From: Psammoneis japonica
Lineage: Eukaryota
Direction: 5' to 3'
Assembly (NCBI GenBank): GCA_008632985.1
Contig: QPGO01000058.1
Coordinates: 248,001 to 312,000 of the forward strand
Length of the DNA: 64,000 bases
Part shown: positions 23,300-36,156 of the stretch, one piece after another
Layout: each line of letters starts with the position of its first letter
Numbering within the stretch: position 1 is the first letter of the stretch
Translations under genes and position numbers: made by a program
Notes under the pieces: model-generated
What the model was told of the DNA's origin: nothing
Seen by the model: only the letters and a program-made list of their open reading frames with translations
Databases searched by the model: none

Positions 23300-25800
23300 G
23301 CAGACAAGCACAAGATGTTGGTCCAAGCGACTGAACCACTGCTTGAGAGCAATCTAAAAACCACCCAGAAGGAGGAGATCATGCCAGAGCAGCACGCCAA
23401 GACATCAAACAAAATGGCACTGCGAGGAAACCCCCAAGAGGAGCAGTCAGGTGCATTTCAGAATGTGAAAAAGGTGGAGTGCTTGCACCCAGTGCACCAT
23501 GTTTGAGGTTCTGCAGACCCGAGGATTCCGGAGGAAGACCAGGGTGTCATGATCACTGACAGCGCCATTGAGACCATCACACGATGACTGTCCAGGAGTG
23601 CAGGCCTTGGCAAAGCTGATGCCAATGCAGTGTTGCAGTGGCTGCTCCGCTGCAGAGAAGCCACTAGATTGCTTCGAGAAAAGCGCTGTGCATCATGTTC
23701 GCAAACTGGCTGGCCAACGAATTGCCCCCATGGGCTGCCTGTCGCGCAACCATGGCAAAGCAACTCATCACGCCAGACAAAAATCTGGGCATCCATCCGG
23801 TCAGCATGGGGGGGGGGCATGGCAGAGAGCCACAGCCAAAGCTGTTCTCCCAGTTGCTGGAGCAGAGGCCAAAGAGGCCTGTGGGATGGATCAGCTGTGT
23901 GCAGGTCTTGAAGCAAGCATCGAGGGCACGCTTCACACACTGGGAACAGCACAAGTTCCAGGATGACTGCATCTTTCTCTTTGTTGGTGCCTCCTCTGAT
24001 GGATTCAATGAAGAGAACTGGGTTCCAATGTTGCACAACGTTGGACACTTCTGGCCATCTGGCACAAGGTTTGCCTTCAACTGCTGCAAGCACTGCTAGA
24101 GCATCCACATCATCTGCAAACACTTCGGTGTGGCAGCCTGTGGATTGAGTCTTCTCCCACCAGTCCACAAGCTCAATGAAACCTTCATGGTGTGATGACT
24201 CTCCACCGCAGCCAGGAAATTCAATGTCATCTGGGAATTTTTCTTGACTCTTTGAGCCGAAGGCCCCAAACATGGATGCTGCCCTGCTGACAACAAAAAG
24301 AACAGCATCCCAGCAGTCTCCCAGAATGCAACCCAGAACATGCCAGGGTGCACTTTGGAAACCTCGGCTTTGCCATCTGCTCAGGCAGCTGCTGCCATGG
24401 AGGCTTCATTGGAGAGATGGACGCATGCAACCAATGGCCAGTGGAGAAAGCCAAGTCATGCACCTTGGTCATCCAAGGACTTGCAAGTGTTGCATTCACC
24501 ACCCACAGACTGCCGTGCCGGTCTTCAAAAGTCCCTGCAGCACCAGTGGCAGTGTGTCCAATGCATGGCAAAGGACTGTGGAGAATCCTTCACAGAAGTG
24601 GAATGCATGATCCAGCACCAATTTCTTCCAGCATCAATTGGCAAGACCTTGGCTGACAATGATCCAAGATCAGCCCTGTCTGCCCTCCCAATCAAATTTG
24701 CAAAGCTGTCCATCCCTTGTCCAATGGAGTCTGCACCCAAAAACCATGAAGCAAGTGCTCTTGCATGCTCTCATGTGATGGACTCACTTTGTGGCTGCTC
24801 AGATTTTGCTTCAGCAGTCCACAAGGGCACCATGTGCAAAGTGAAACAAGAAGCAGCCATTGGGAAAGCCAAGATGCACAAGGAGAAACTCAAGACAACC
24901 CTCCAGGCTCTGTCTGACCTCAAAGCCAGAGCTGTCAAGCACAGCACCAGCACTGGAGCATGCCCATCAGTGTGCTCATTGATGCTAAATGGCACAGAAC
25001 TTTCTTGTCTAGAATTCCACCATGCACTTCACCTGTGATGCAGCAGCACTCCCCCCAACCTCCCTGAGCACTGCAATGGATGCTGATGCAAATTCTCTGT
25101 CAACCATGCCCTGCAGTGCAAGAAGGGCAGCACAGTCACATCATGACATGACGACATGATGTGTGATGACCTTTGTGACCTAATTGGAAAGGCCTTCAAG
25201 CCTTCCTGTGCATGCAATGAACCCCTCATCAACCCTGTTGGTTGCACCTCAGGAAGCCCAGGTGCCTCCAACAACTCACAAGGCACTGCAAACTCCAACA
25301 TGTCCAAGGATGGCAACTGCACAGATCTTCTGTCTCACCAAGGATGGCAACCGCACAGATCTTCTGTCCAAAGGATTTTGGGATTGGAGGACAGACACCA
25401 TCATGGATGATGTTTGTGTTCCAGACACGGATGCAGAATCACACCTGTCCAAGACACCAGAACAAGTTCTGGAACAACACAGATGAGAGAAAAAGTGCAA
25501 GCACCTCAAGTCCAGCCTTGAGCAATGTCGCCACTTTGCTCCCTTTGTTGCATCATGCAATGGGCTGTTTGGCAAAGAAGCCAAGGCATCACTGAGCAAA
25601 ATCTCTTCCAAACCAGCTGACAAATGGCAAAAGCCTTGTTCAGAGGCATTTGGCTGTGTCAATGCAAGAAAGAGCATCGCTGTGGTGCGGGCGACTCACC
25701 ATTGCCTCAGGGGATCATGCATCCCTTTGTCCCAGATCAGTTCCAGATGTCCCCAGCCAGTGGGAAGATGGCACTGGTCTGTCCCTGTGCTGGCACCAAA
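23300..25800 (+). mobile_element. Degenerate non-LTR retrotransposon, CRE-clade-like (RT + restriction-like endonuclease)
   Basis: DKNLGIHPVSMG, EACGMDQLCAGLEASIEG, ASSDGFNE, WCDD (YxDD-like), EGPKHG, GGFIG, LPIKF, zinc knuckle CNGC..FSVNHALQCKKG..HDD, RLE-like DLLSKGFW...DTDAES...EKK and RATHHCLRGS. Many TGA stops and frameshifts. Confidence 0.85.
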
Positions 25801-28800
25801 TGACACCCTGCTTGGGCCAGACCACCACTGCCAAGAACAATTGCCAAATGCCAACTCATGGACAACCTCTGCTCATGGCCCAATGCAGCCAAAACACCAT
25901 CACAAATGCAACAAACAGTGCCAGATCTCATTTGAACATCGCGCACTCAGATGACAGAAACCACACGCAAAATCCACCCCTCATTTGCATGACCACATCA
26001 ACCACATGATGCCCATGTTTTCCCATTTTTTCCCAAATCAAAGGCTGAGCACACACAAAACATTTATTTTTGTGTGTGCACTTGCCTCTTTTGATTTTCA
26101 AAACAATCAAATTTGAAGGAGGTCAAATTTGAAGGAGTCTAATGTGCCAAACTGTGCAGACAATTGATCTCTCTTGCATGATGGATTGCAGATCACCTGG
26201 GGCTGGAACAGGCTGCCATCATTTTGCCAGCCCAAGCGCTCTGCTGGGGACTCCCTTAACAACACTTTGTGAGATTCCATCAGAAGTTCCAGCAAAAAAC
26301 ATGCTGACAAAACAGCACAGAGAAACAAGCACCCCAACATGCCCACACCCCCACCCATCAAGTTTCTTGCTTGCACCAGCAAAAAGAATGCAGTCAGAGC
26401 TTCAGCATTTTTCAGTCTGCAGGCTCTGTTTGTCTTTTTGTTCATTGCAAATGGACAGGTTGATGATTTCAGTGGCTTTCAAGTGCAAAGTTCTTGCAAC
26501 CTTGTCTTGCGCCACTTCCCCCCCCCCCCCCCCAAAGAGAAGTCAACACATGAGTGGCACCATTGTCCCCTTGCATCTGAGTTGGTCTTTGTGGCCATCA
26601 TCATTGATGTGTCTCAAAGATCAAGTTTGGCCACCTTGTGCACTGACTCTGTGTGATGCAAGACTGAAAAAATCCTTTGAATGCAACAGCTCCATTTTGG
26701 CAAGAACAAGTGTGCATTGTTTCTCCATTTCCTTCATGGCGCATGTCATGCCCTCTTTGTGTTGTTGCTTGGCACCACTTCTGCAATCACAAAGTTGAAA
26801 GAAGTTGTCAAAAGCAACCACACAACCACCGCGGTGATTTGTGCAAAAAACACATCATGCCACTCCATGTGAAACATGTCCACAAAAAAAAGATTTCAAT
26901 GGGTGCTTTGACATGCAATGTGGATTTGAAGAACACCAACTGGAGCCAGAAAAAATGGCTGCCAGCAAGGTGATGGGTTGGTTTCAATTGGAACATTTGG
27001 CAGTGAAGCCAGTTTCCAAAGTTGATCCTTTTGACACACATGGTCAACCCACTGTGAGCCTGAGCTTGCTGCTGCATGCTGCTTCTTGGCTGCACCACCA
27101 CCAACTGCTTTGCAGCCTAGAGAGCTGCCCTTGTCATTTCTGGCTTTTGGGACCTGCACTCTTCCTGCCTTGTGCAGATGATGCTTGTTGCAGCTGTTGC
27201 TGGCAAGAAGGCCAAATCATCTTTTGAAGAGTTCACACGCAGCGGCATGCAGAGCACAGTGCTCTTTTGTGCAACTTTTGTGCCTGGTGTGTCTCTTGCC
27301 ACTGTCACTTTTCCCTTTGCTGCAACCTTTGCAACTCTCCTCAATGACAAGAGGACCACAATTTGGGGAAGGCACCAGTGCCGGTGCTTTGATTGTTGTC
27401 TTTTTGATCATTTTGTGCATTGTCAGTGCATGCTTGAGGGTGTGCAAGTTGCCTTTCATGCCACTGCCAAGATCCAAAAGTCTGAGTGTGGGGAGAAAGA
27501 AGGGTGCTTTGTTCCCACAATGACCTGTGGCCTCCTTTGCTGTGCAAGGGCAAGGCAAGCACCCTTTCTGAGCTCATCATTGGATGTCACCTCCTGGTTT
27601 TGCTGTTTGTGGTGATGTGTGTGTTTTTCATTGCCTTCATCACTTCTGTTAAGATCAAGGAAGGAGAAGAGAGCATCTCAAGTGTTCTGATTCTCTCCAA
27701 GAGAGCTCTTCTTCAGAGTGCTGATTTGCTTGGAGCGCTCATCATCCTTGTCACCACAATCATTGCCTCTGTGTCATGGCAGCTTGTGGCCTCCACCTGT
27801 CATCAGAGCAGCAATGGCAAGTCTCCAAATGATGTGGAGCTCTCTGCAAACCACCAGCGACAGTGACAACACCACATGATGTGCTGGCATGAAAGAGCAG
27901 AGGAGTGGATGCATTCTTGGTGAAAGAGGATGACCCACCCAGTCACTGCTGTCATTGTGCAGAACAATGTGGAGCAGCCAGCAGAGACAAAGAAACTTCA
28001 GGGTCTGGAGCACCAATCTTGCCTTGACATTGGCAGGAAGGGCCATCAATCCTGCAGACAACAGTGGCAACCAGCCTGAATCATTGCAGACAACTTGCTT
28101 GCAGGCACCACAAAGACACAGCAGACTTGATGTTCTGTGGACAAGGAGGTGGTTGCAAGATCCATCTGGGAATCCACAGCTGGTGCATGTCTTTCACTTG
28201 AGGTGCATCAGCAGCAGCATGGTTTGGAATCTGCAAATGCCACCACACATTGGAGCTCAATCAAGAGGTCACAGCATCAAGACAAAGCAGCTGTTGCCAA
28301 GAGCACATGATGCATGGGTGTCACAAGCAGCAGTCATCATTGGCAACAATTCTTCAGGCATGGGGCACCCCCCAGTCACAGGAGGCATGTTCACAGGCAG
28401 GTGCAGGTGCTTGCATCACTGGGTTGTGAAAAACAAATCCTTTGGAAGCAACCAACATGCAGTGGGTGAGCAGCATCCAATGAGCAGCTGCACAAAAAAT
28501 GCTGTGGCTGCAAAAGTGCCACAACTGCAACCAAGCTCTGTGCAATTGTGTTGCAGCTGCATTTTTCACAGACACCACAAGGTGAAGCAGCCAGATGGCA
28601 TGGGGACTTGAGGGTCAGTGCACACTGGCAGCAGCCACAATGGGTGATGCAATGTGATTGACATGGTGCACTCACACAAAGCTGCAACAAGAGATTGTCT
28701 GTGCCAGCTGACAATGGATTTGTGCAATTGAAGTGCACACCAGGATTGGAGCAGCTGCGTGCGCGCCATGCACCAATTGCAATGATTGCTTTTGTGTGAT

Positions 28801-30170
28801 CTGGCAAATCTTGAGAATTGAGAGCAAATTGGATGTTGGCTGCAGTCAAGCACCCACCTTGAGAGGCAAGATGCAGAGTCATTGCCCACAGGAGTTTTCA
28901 CCATGAGAGAAGATTGCTTGAAAATCAACCACACAACAATGGGGGCAGCCAGTCCTTCTTGGGGATCTCTTGTTGAGAGTGGAACAAGGTTGTTGAGGAT
29001 GCAATCATGAAACAGCTCAGTGACACAATTCTCAGTTTGAACACACTTGAAATCATCAAACAAACAAACAAAGCTGACAATTGAGCCACCAGAAATGCTG
29101 CTCAGATGTTTTTCACAGCTTCAGGGGTGCACAAGAGTGCACGCCAGAAATGCTGCCTGAGTTCTGGTGAGAGCACCAGCAATGACATGACCTTTCCAGA
29201 ATTGCAAGCTGCCATGTGGTGCAAGTGCACAAAAATGTTGTTCCAGTGACTTGGAGAAGGCCAGCATTGTTTGGCAGCCCAGAAAAGATGCAGAGATTCA
29301 ATGACACACAGGAAAATCCAAAACTCACTTGTGATCAAAATGAGAGCGCAAGCTTGTTTGGCTTGCAATGTGACAAACAAAATGCAGCAGCCAACTCAAA
29401 GATGCAAGAGGACAATTGCAGGGCCACAACCTGTCAGAGCAGTGATGGCCAAGTTGAAAAATGATGTGGAACTTCCTGCAAACTGGCAGCATCAGAGTGA
29501 TGGCGACACACGTGTTGTGCCAGCAAGAAAGAGTGAGAGAGGCAGATCTGCTTGGAAAACAACATCTGCTCAGCTGTCTGGGTCTGACCATCATCTGTGG
29601 AGTTGGCATGCTGACACTGCCTTTCCACCACTGCCTTCCTTTCCAACCCCTTCAGATGCACTTTTCTCTGTGTCTGTCTCTGTGCTGTTGAAGAGGCCAC
29701 TGGCAGCAGCACCGCCTCTGTTCTGGAGCCTGGGTTTTTGTTGTGTTGCTCCTTTTCTGTCCACAAGAAGATTGCTGGTTTCAAGCATGATGGGTTCACA
29801 TTGATGCTGCCAGGGAATGTGCGGCAAAGCACATGGCTGACAATGACTCCGCCCACGTTGGAGCCAGCCCCACACTGCGCAAAAGCAAGCCGCCGCCTTT
29901 CAGCAGGATGACACAAAGGACTTTGTGTGAGAGACTGCATTCTTGAAAAAGATGAGGAGCTCAAAAGAGAGATCACCAAATGCATGGATGAGATTGAGCA
30001 GCACCAAACAGATTTGGAAACTCAATGCCAGAAGCTGTTGGCTGCTGCCGGGCTCAGTGGTGGGCTTCTTTGGCAGCACTGGGGATGTGCGACCCCCGCC
30101 CCCAAGAGAGAGAGTGCTGGGGCAAATTTGCACAGCATTTGCCTTGTCTTCATCACAGTGGCACTGAATT
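25800..30170. mobile_element. Further TpA/CpG-depleted degenerate repeat DNA, families not identified
   Basis: Continuous with the CRE-like copy. Almost no TA or CG, and only spurious Cys/His/Gln-rich ORFs. Confidence 0.55.
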
Positions 30171-30467
30171 AACACAGGGAGGACAAGGAAGTATAGAATC
30201 CCTTCGACACAAGTAGAGCAGGTGACAAGCGCAAGCGAGTGAAAACAAACACTGCCAGGGCTGCAGTGCTGGAAAAAGCAACGCCGTGTGTAAAATTGGT
30301 TGAAAGGCCGCGCGCTCAAAGCAACGGCAACTGCGGCGGAAGCACCATGATTTTCGCATCGCTGCGGTCGCTGGTAATAGCAGAGTTGTCTGTCTTGCCA
30401 TAATAGCTTAGCTAGCCTCATCGCTCTCGTAATTCAGGCAGGTGGCTGAGACGCGCCTTTTTTGAAG

Positions 30468-31933
30468 ATGATGCTGTATGCGACTAGTGGAATGCTTGTG
30501 TTTTGTGTTGTCCTTCAGAAAATACCGATTTCAAGATCCATCCTACCACCGCAGAGTCCGCAGTGGCCGCCGACGTATAACATGACTGAGAGCCTCATCA
30601 CAATGCAGTGCAATAGTTCTGGTTGGAGTTCACCTCTTCGAGCTTCCGAATTTGGAATTGTTTCTTATGATTGGTCAAACGCAAAGAGCGTGTGGGCAGC
30701 TGCCAAGCCGATGAATGCTGAAGAACTTTTGGAGTTGCAGGCAGAACAAGCAAAGCATTATGGTGTAAAGCACGTGTTTGTGTATCGCAATATTGTCAAG
30801 GCCTTACCGTGGTTCAAGTCTGTGCGCGAGAAACTAAACGACCCAGAATATGGTAAGGTTAGGTCGTTGACGAGCTTGTTCAATTCCTTTACTCGGTTCT
30901 TACAGTCCCGTAGTAGAGGCTCAACTTCGTTTGCTCTGTTTTCTTCGGCACAAAAAAAGAAGGTTTCTTTGTCAAATTTGATTCGAATCGAAATGATTAT
31001 CACGTTCCAGCTTGCGCTCGAGAAAATCCCAATCTGTGCAGCAGGTTTTATCATGATCAAGAGCAAACGCCTGAGGTACCAACCAAAGACAATCCTCATC
31101 CGGATGGCTCGTGCGTCGACTATTGCGATTGTGGAGCGCATCCATGTGGTGAATACTTGTTCGATCACCGCAATGGCACAATGTTGCGAGACTTTTTGGT
31201 GCAGAAAGTTGTCCTGGGTGCTGTATCTGGACCTGCGGATGGCTTGTTTCTAGACGACTATTGGTGCAGTGACATCCTCTGTAATGCATCTGGACAGGAA
31301 CTCGCTGGTTGTCCGTGTGACGATCCGGTTCAGGGTCCTACGGAATTCGACCAGAACTGGCAGGCAGACACGGGGTTGACCGATGAAGACATTCGAGACA
31401 TGACGAAAGAGTGGAACAAGACTATGACTTTGATACAGCAAGCCCTCCTTGACAATCACGCCTACACGTGGTCTCTTATTCATGGCCAAGAGAACGCAAA
31501 CGCTATGCCTTTATTTTTGAACCGAACCAAGTGTGGAACGATGCTGAGACAAGCTTGTGACGCTGACTCGATGTGGCGGAAATCGCCAGTGCTCTTTGGC
31601 CTTTCAGTAGTTAACGGAACGATTCTTTCTCAGCTGGAACAGGATTTGGCTTTCTTTCTGCTTGCGCGGGGAGACTGGGCATGGTTGGGATGGGGAGTCT
31701 GGGGTATGACTTGGCCTTTCAATGCAGAGCCACAACATGGGGCGCTGCCTCCTTTGCCTCATGGAGTTCCAGTGCCACCCGAATTGCGTCTGGATTACGG
31801 TATTCCAATCGAACCATGCCATGAGGTTTCGCCTAATACCTTTCGCCGCCAGTGGAGTCGAGCTTCGGTTGAGCTGGATTGCGATTCATTCGTTGCCACT
31901 ATTTCGTTTCGGGACTCCTCTCAAACTACCTGA
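30468..31933 (+). CDS. Secreted putative glycoside hydrolase-like protein (GHL15/GH168-like)
   Basis: Signal peptide, SYDWSNAK, VFVYRN..KAL, DGLFLDD, LAFFLLARG and LDYGIP..C.E...FRRQWSRASVELDC. Intron ~30853-30962. Family assignment is from memory of the motif pattern. Confidence 0.6.
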
Positions 31934-32083
31934 TGTTACAGAACAAGGAGAAGATAATCAGCCTATGCTACACTAGGAGGGGCAGAGTTGAATAGTTTGT
32001 TGCTTTTCTTTTGGAAAGAATAGTATGTTACAAAACTCTTCGTAATCTCCATGTCAAGAGAAACGGGAGAACAAGTTTCCACT

Positions 32084-32350
32084 CCTATGTTATCGACAGA
32101 GGTTGACGGAACTACCGTGCTGTACAGTAGGCGAAGAGAGAATGCAACAACAAATCAATAACGTGTCGGGACCATTCTGCTATTGTGAATATTGTACTGT
32201 GCATTCCAACTTACTAAAATAGTGACGGTCCAAGTTTCCCCTCCCATATGTTATCGGCAGAGGTTGACGGAGCTATAACATACATTAGTCGAAGAGAGAA
32301 ATCAATAACGTGTCGGGACCGTTCTGCGATTGCGAGTATTGTACTATTCT
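32084..32350. repeat. Intergenic ~110-bp imperfect direct repeat, 2 copies
   Basis: tatgttatcg(a/g)cagaggttgacgga...cgaagagagaa...aaatcaataacgtgtcgggacc...tattgtact at ~32086-32198 and ~32247-32346. Confidence 0.85.
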
Positions 32351-32695
32351 TATGACATTGGTGCGCTTGTCCCACTTTTGCGAATTGCATAGGAGGGTTT
32401 GAGCCCAAATGGTGATTTTATCCTTTCTCATGTTCCTCGAACACAGCTGAGCGAGCAGGTAAGCAATGGAGACTTAAATAAGCAAAGAAGCTGCAGTGTT
32501 GGACTTCGTCTTTTATCAGTATTACGCCCCAATCATTTATCTGGGTGGTGCCGTTGTTGCGCTTTGAATTCTGTACTGCTAACCGAGATGAACGATGCTG
32601 GTGCAGCCTTCTCATTTATCAGAAAAGCTAACATCTCATAATGCAAGCCACGACCCGTTTCAGAAACTTCGCCTTGCATGTTCTACTTTCATGGT

Positions 32696-35600
32696 CTACC
32701 AAAAATAGTGATTTGAAATTGTGCGAATGATTGTTTTGGCTGTGTCCTTGTCAGCATCAGCCTTGTTTAGCATAATAGCAACTGAGATGCCAGAGTCTTT
32801 GTGATGAAATCCACTGTGTCAACATGAAAAGATAAAGTGAGAGAAGACAACAGGAAAAAGTGCGAAAAGCTTCAAATCGAGATCTTACATGGATCCACCC
32901 ACTCCAGCATGGCCAAACGCGGAAGGCCCCTTCCTATCGCCATCAAACCGAATCAACTGGTATCCCATAGCAAGCGATACGCCCTCATCTTCGCTTTCAG
33001 TGGATGTCATGGCGGTCTGTCCCTGGAGCATGTTTGCGGTACTCTCATTTGTTACCACAGCTGTTGCAGCATCAAGAGAATCTTTGCTTACTAGCTGGCC
33101 TGTTCCCAACTCACGATAGAATCTTGCCAGACCCAAAGCTGAAAAACGGCCTCCAGCTGCAGGGACGTTTCCATTTTGAGCCTCTTGGCAGTTCCAGATT
33201 CGTTGATCAAGGAGGAATTCTTTCCCACGAAAAGACTTCCTGACCTGGTCCAGAGCAGGGCTGGAGAAGTCAGCACCATCAATTCCGGCTGGAGCTTCTT
33301 CTCCCATTGCTTCTGCCTCTCTTCTCTTCTGGAAAACCTGTAGAAATTTATCCACCGACGTATCCGTTTGAGCCATGGGGAATCCACCATCTCCACCGCA
33401 GGGCTGAAACCCAACATCTGAAACACTCTTTGGGAGTTTTGGCTCGAGTATGGCACGGTATACCTCCTCGAACGTAGCAAATCGTTTCCCATGTTTCAAT
33501 GAGTACGCGCCACATAAAGTACCGGCGACAAGCCAACCAAAAGACATAAAGTGGTATTCACACTTTTCGCCAGGGCTTTGAGTTGGCAGAAGTGTTTCCT
33601 CCGGTGCTGACGGGTTGTACTCAAACGCAGTCACAGATGTCTCGCAGCACGCCATGCTTCGAATGCTCATTCGCGTCGGTAAGGCAGCCCAGTAGCCAGC
33701 AGAGTGCGTCAGAATATGTCGAAGCGTAATGGATCGTTTCCAAAGCCAACGTTGTTCCAGATCTTTCATTGACGTTGACATGACACGCCTCAACTCCTCT
33801 GGTGGGGTTTCCGTTGGACAGAATGCTTTCCAAACGCGTTCTGAAATCGGTTCGTCATAAGACAGGTAACCCTCCTCTACCATTATGTGGGCCAAAGTCG
33901 CGGTAACCGCTTTTGTACAGGAATATCCGAGAATGACTGCATCAGGACGCATAGGGCTTTCTTTTTTAAGGCCACCCATATGCCCAGTCCATGTGTGCGA
34001 CAACATGTTCCCGTCCGAGTCCAAAACACAAACTTGGGCACCTGCAACCATTCCTTTCTCGTTCAATTCCCCGACCACAGCAGTAACTGTTTCATTCAGA
34101 GTTTTGTCTGAGACGTCGTACGTCGGAACGGGTGTCATGGCATTTTTCTCTTGTTCAAAACTCTTTACTGATATCAGTAAGCCACGCTCTGCATAAGGCT
34201 TCAAAACGTCAAGAAAGGTCATTTCGACTCGGAGCTGAGAACCAAGTCCATGAAGCAACTCGTTGACGCGAATAAAGAAGAAAAACTCTCCAGGATAGGC
34301 CTTGGACTCTACGGGAACTCGTTCTCCTCTTTTCTTGGAGTTCATTCGCCTCTGTAACCATCAAAATAGGAAGCAATACGAAGCAACGTCAGATAAAGTC
34401 ACAGTGAATACGAAGGCGGTGACGCCACTCTTATAGTTCGCACCATATCAGTCTTCATTTTGGCCTTGATTCTCTTCCTAGTTTTCTCTCGAGGAGCTAA
34501 ATCTCGAAGTACAAACCGCATTCCTTCTAGATCTTCGGTCACATTCTCACGTTTCAATTTCAATCCAATAGTTTCAAACGCATCAAGCAAAAGTCCATAG
34601 TCAAACGTGGAAGCAGCGTAAACCATTTGACAAAAGGCGAGCCTCTTTTTGTCTGGCAATCTCTTGGCTAGGCCCCAGTCTAAAAGAACGAGTGTGAACC
34701 CTTCCGTTTTCGATACCGATGTACCGGGTCTTACAAAGATATTTCCTGTCAAAGATAGGAGATAAAGGACTGAGCAGCAGACAACGAAACAGGAAGAAAA
34801 CGAGTACATTCCAATGAGAAACTCACCCGGGTGCGGATCCCCATTAAACACGTCCGTGACGTACATCATGTGAGCAAAGCTTTGAGCAACAGCATCCATC
34901 ACTGCTTCTCTTGGGATCTTCCATTCCTCTAACTGCTTCAAGTTATCCACTCGTTGACCTTCACAAAAACTCATGACGAGCACGCTACTGTTGGACAGAT
35001 GCTTCAAAGGACGCGGGATCTCCACTTGAAACGGAACACTTGTTGGACAAGAAGGAGTAGTGTTGGTTTGGACGACACTATCGTCATTCGGTAGGAGGCG
35101 ATCAATAGAAGCCTGAGCTAGCTTCAAATTGTTTGCTTCCGTCAAGAAATCCAGTTCCTTCTTTGCTTCGACTGCCCACTCTCTCATGAGGATTTCAAAG
35201 AAAGCATACTCCGGTTCTAGCCATGATATGATGCGAGAAATGACCTTGAGCGACCAGAAATCATCGGTTAGAAGCGTTCGAGCAAATGGATGCTGCACCT
35301 TCAACACCACCTTTTCACCCGTTGAAAGAAGTCGAGCCGTGTGAACTTGACCAATCGAGGCACTGGCAATCGGCTTCTCATCGATATCAGTTAGGTCTTT
35401 CAGTAGGCCAGGCACACTAGCTAGCATTCGTTGTACATGATGCCATTCAGTTGCAGGTGCTTCGTCCTGTAGCTTTTTCAGTTCACGAACGTACGCCACC
35501 GGCACAAAGTCACCGCGACTGCTTAGATACTGCGCAGATTTGGTCCACAATCCCCTCAACCTCAAGATACTCAAGTAAAGAAATCTAGCTGAAATCTCAT

Positions 35601-36156
35601 AGTTTGCATCCCAAATGGCCTCTTCGTTCATGTCGCTGCCAAAATCTGGAACCATCCGGGATGATTCGTCTGGTGTAGTCATGAACATGCGTTCCCTCCA
35701 CCGGCACATTTTGATTCTTGACATGACAATAAAGGCGACAGCAAACACTTCAAAGCGGCGGTGAGCCAAGCCATGACTTGTCTTGTGATGAATATAAGGG
35801 ATCACCATGAGAATATATGCCGAGATACTAAGAGCGCGAGGATGAAGGACCCATGCTAACCATTTTATTTGCAAAAGCTCTGGCGACCAACGTTCGACTA
35901 CTATCGGCAACAGTGGCAACACCCAGCCCAAGCATTTCCAATACAGATACAGAGTCAGCGCTGACAAGGCAACGGCCAATCCTCTGGCCAAGAAATCGAG
36001 TTGTTGCACTGACACCAAGATATTCTGAGCTTCAAGGCGAGCACATTTCGCTGACAATGTCTCGATTTCCTTTTCAAGACGCGCCACTGCTGCATTCTCT
36101 GGTTCCTCGGGAGACGACTCCTCCGGAACGAATTGCTCGTGTGGAGCAGGAGGCAT
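32696..36156 (-). CDS. ABC1/UbiB atypical kinase fused to a beta-lactamase (serine hydrolase) domain
   Basis: IASASIGQVH, VVLKVQ, KELDF..EA, NGDPHPGN and LLDWG, then YSCTK (SxxK), LRHILTHSAG, EYH and FGHAGVGGS. Three GT-AG introns; the last exon ends NHYFW*. Confidence 0.9.

Noticed and set aside
26600..26900. VAFDNFF resembling a piggyBac catalytic motif
   Set aside because: Single short match. No other piggyBac motifs or TTAA-flanked TIRs were identified.
23458..30216. Dense overlapping Cys/His/Gln-rich ORFs in all six frames (also 46.5-48.8, 52-59.7 and 61.5-64 kb)
   Set aside because: By-product of losing TAA/TAG and gaining TG/CA. Not metal-binding proteins and not evidence for an alternative genetic code.
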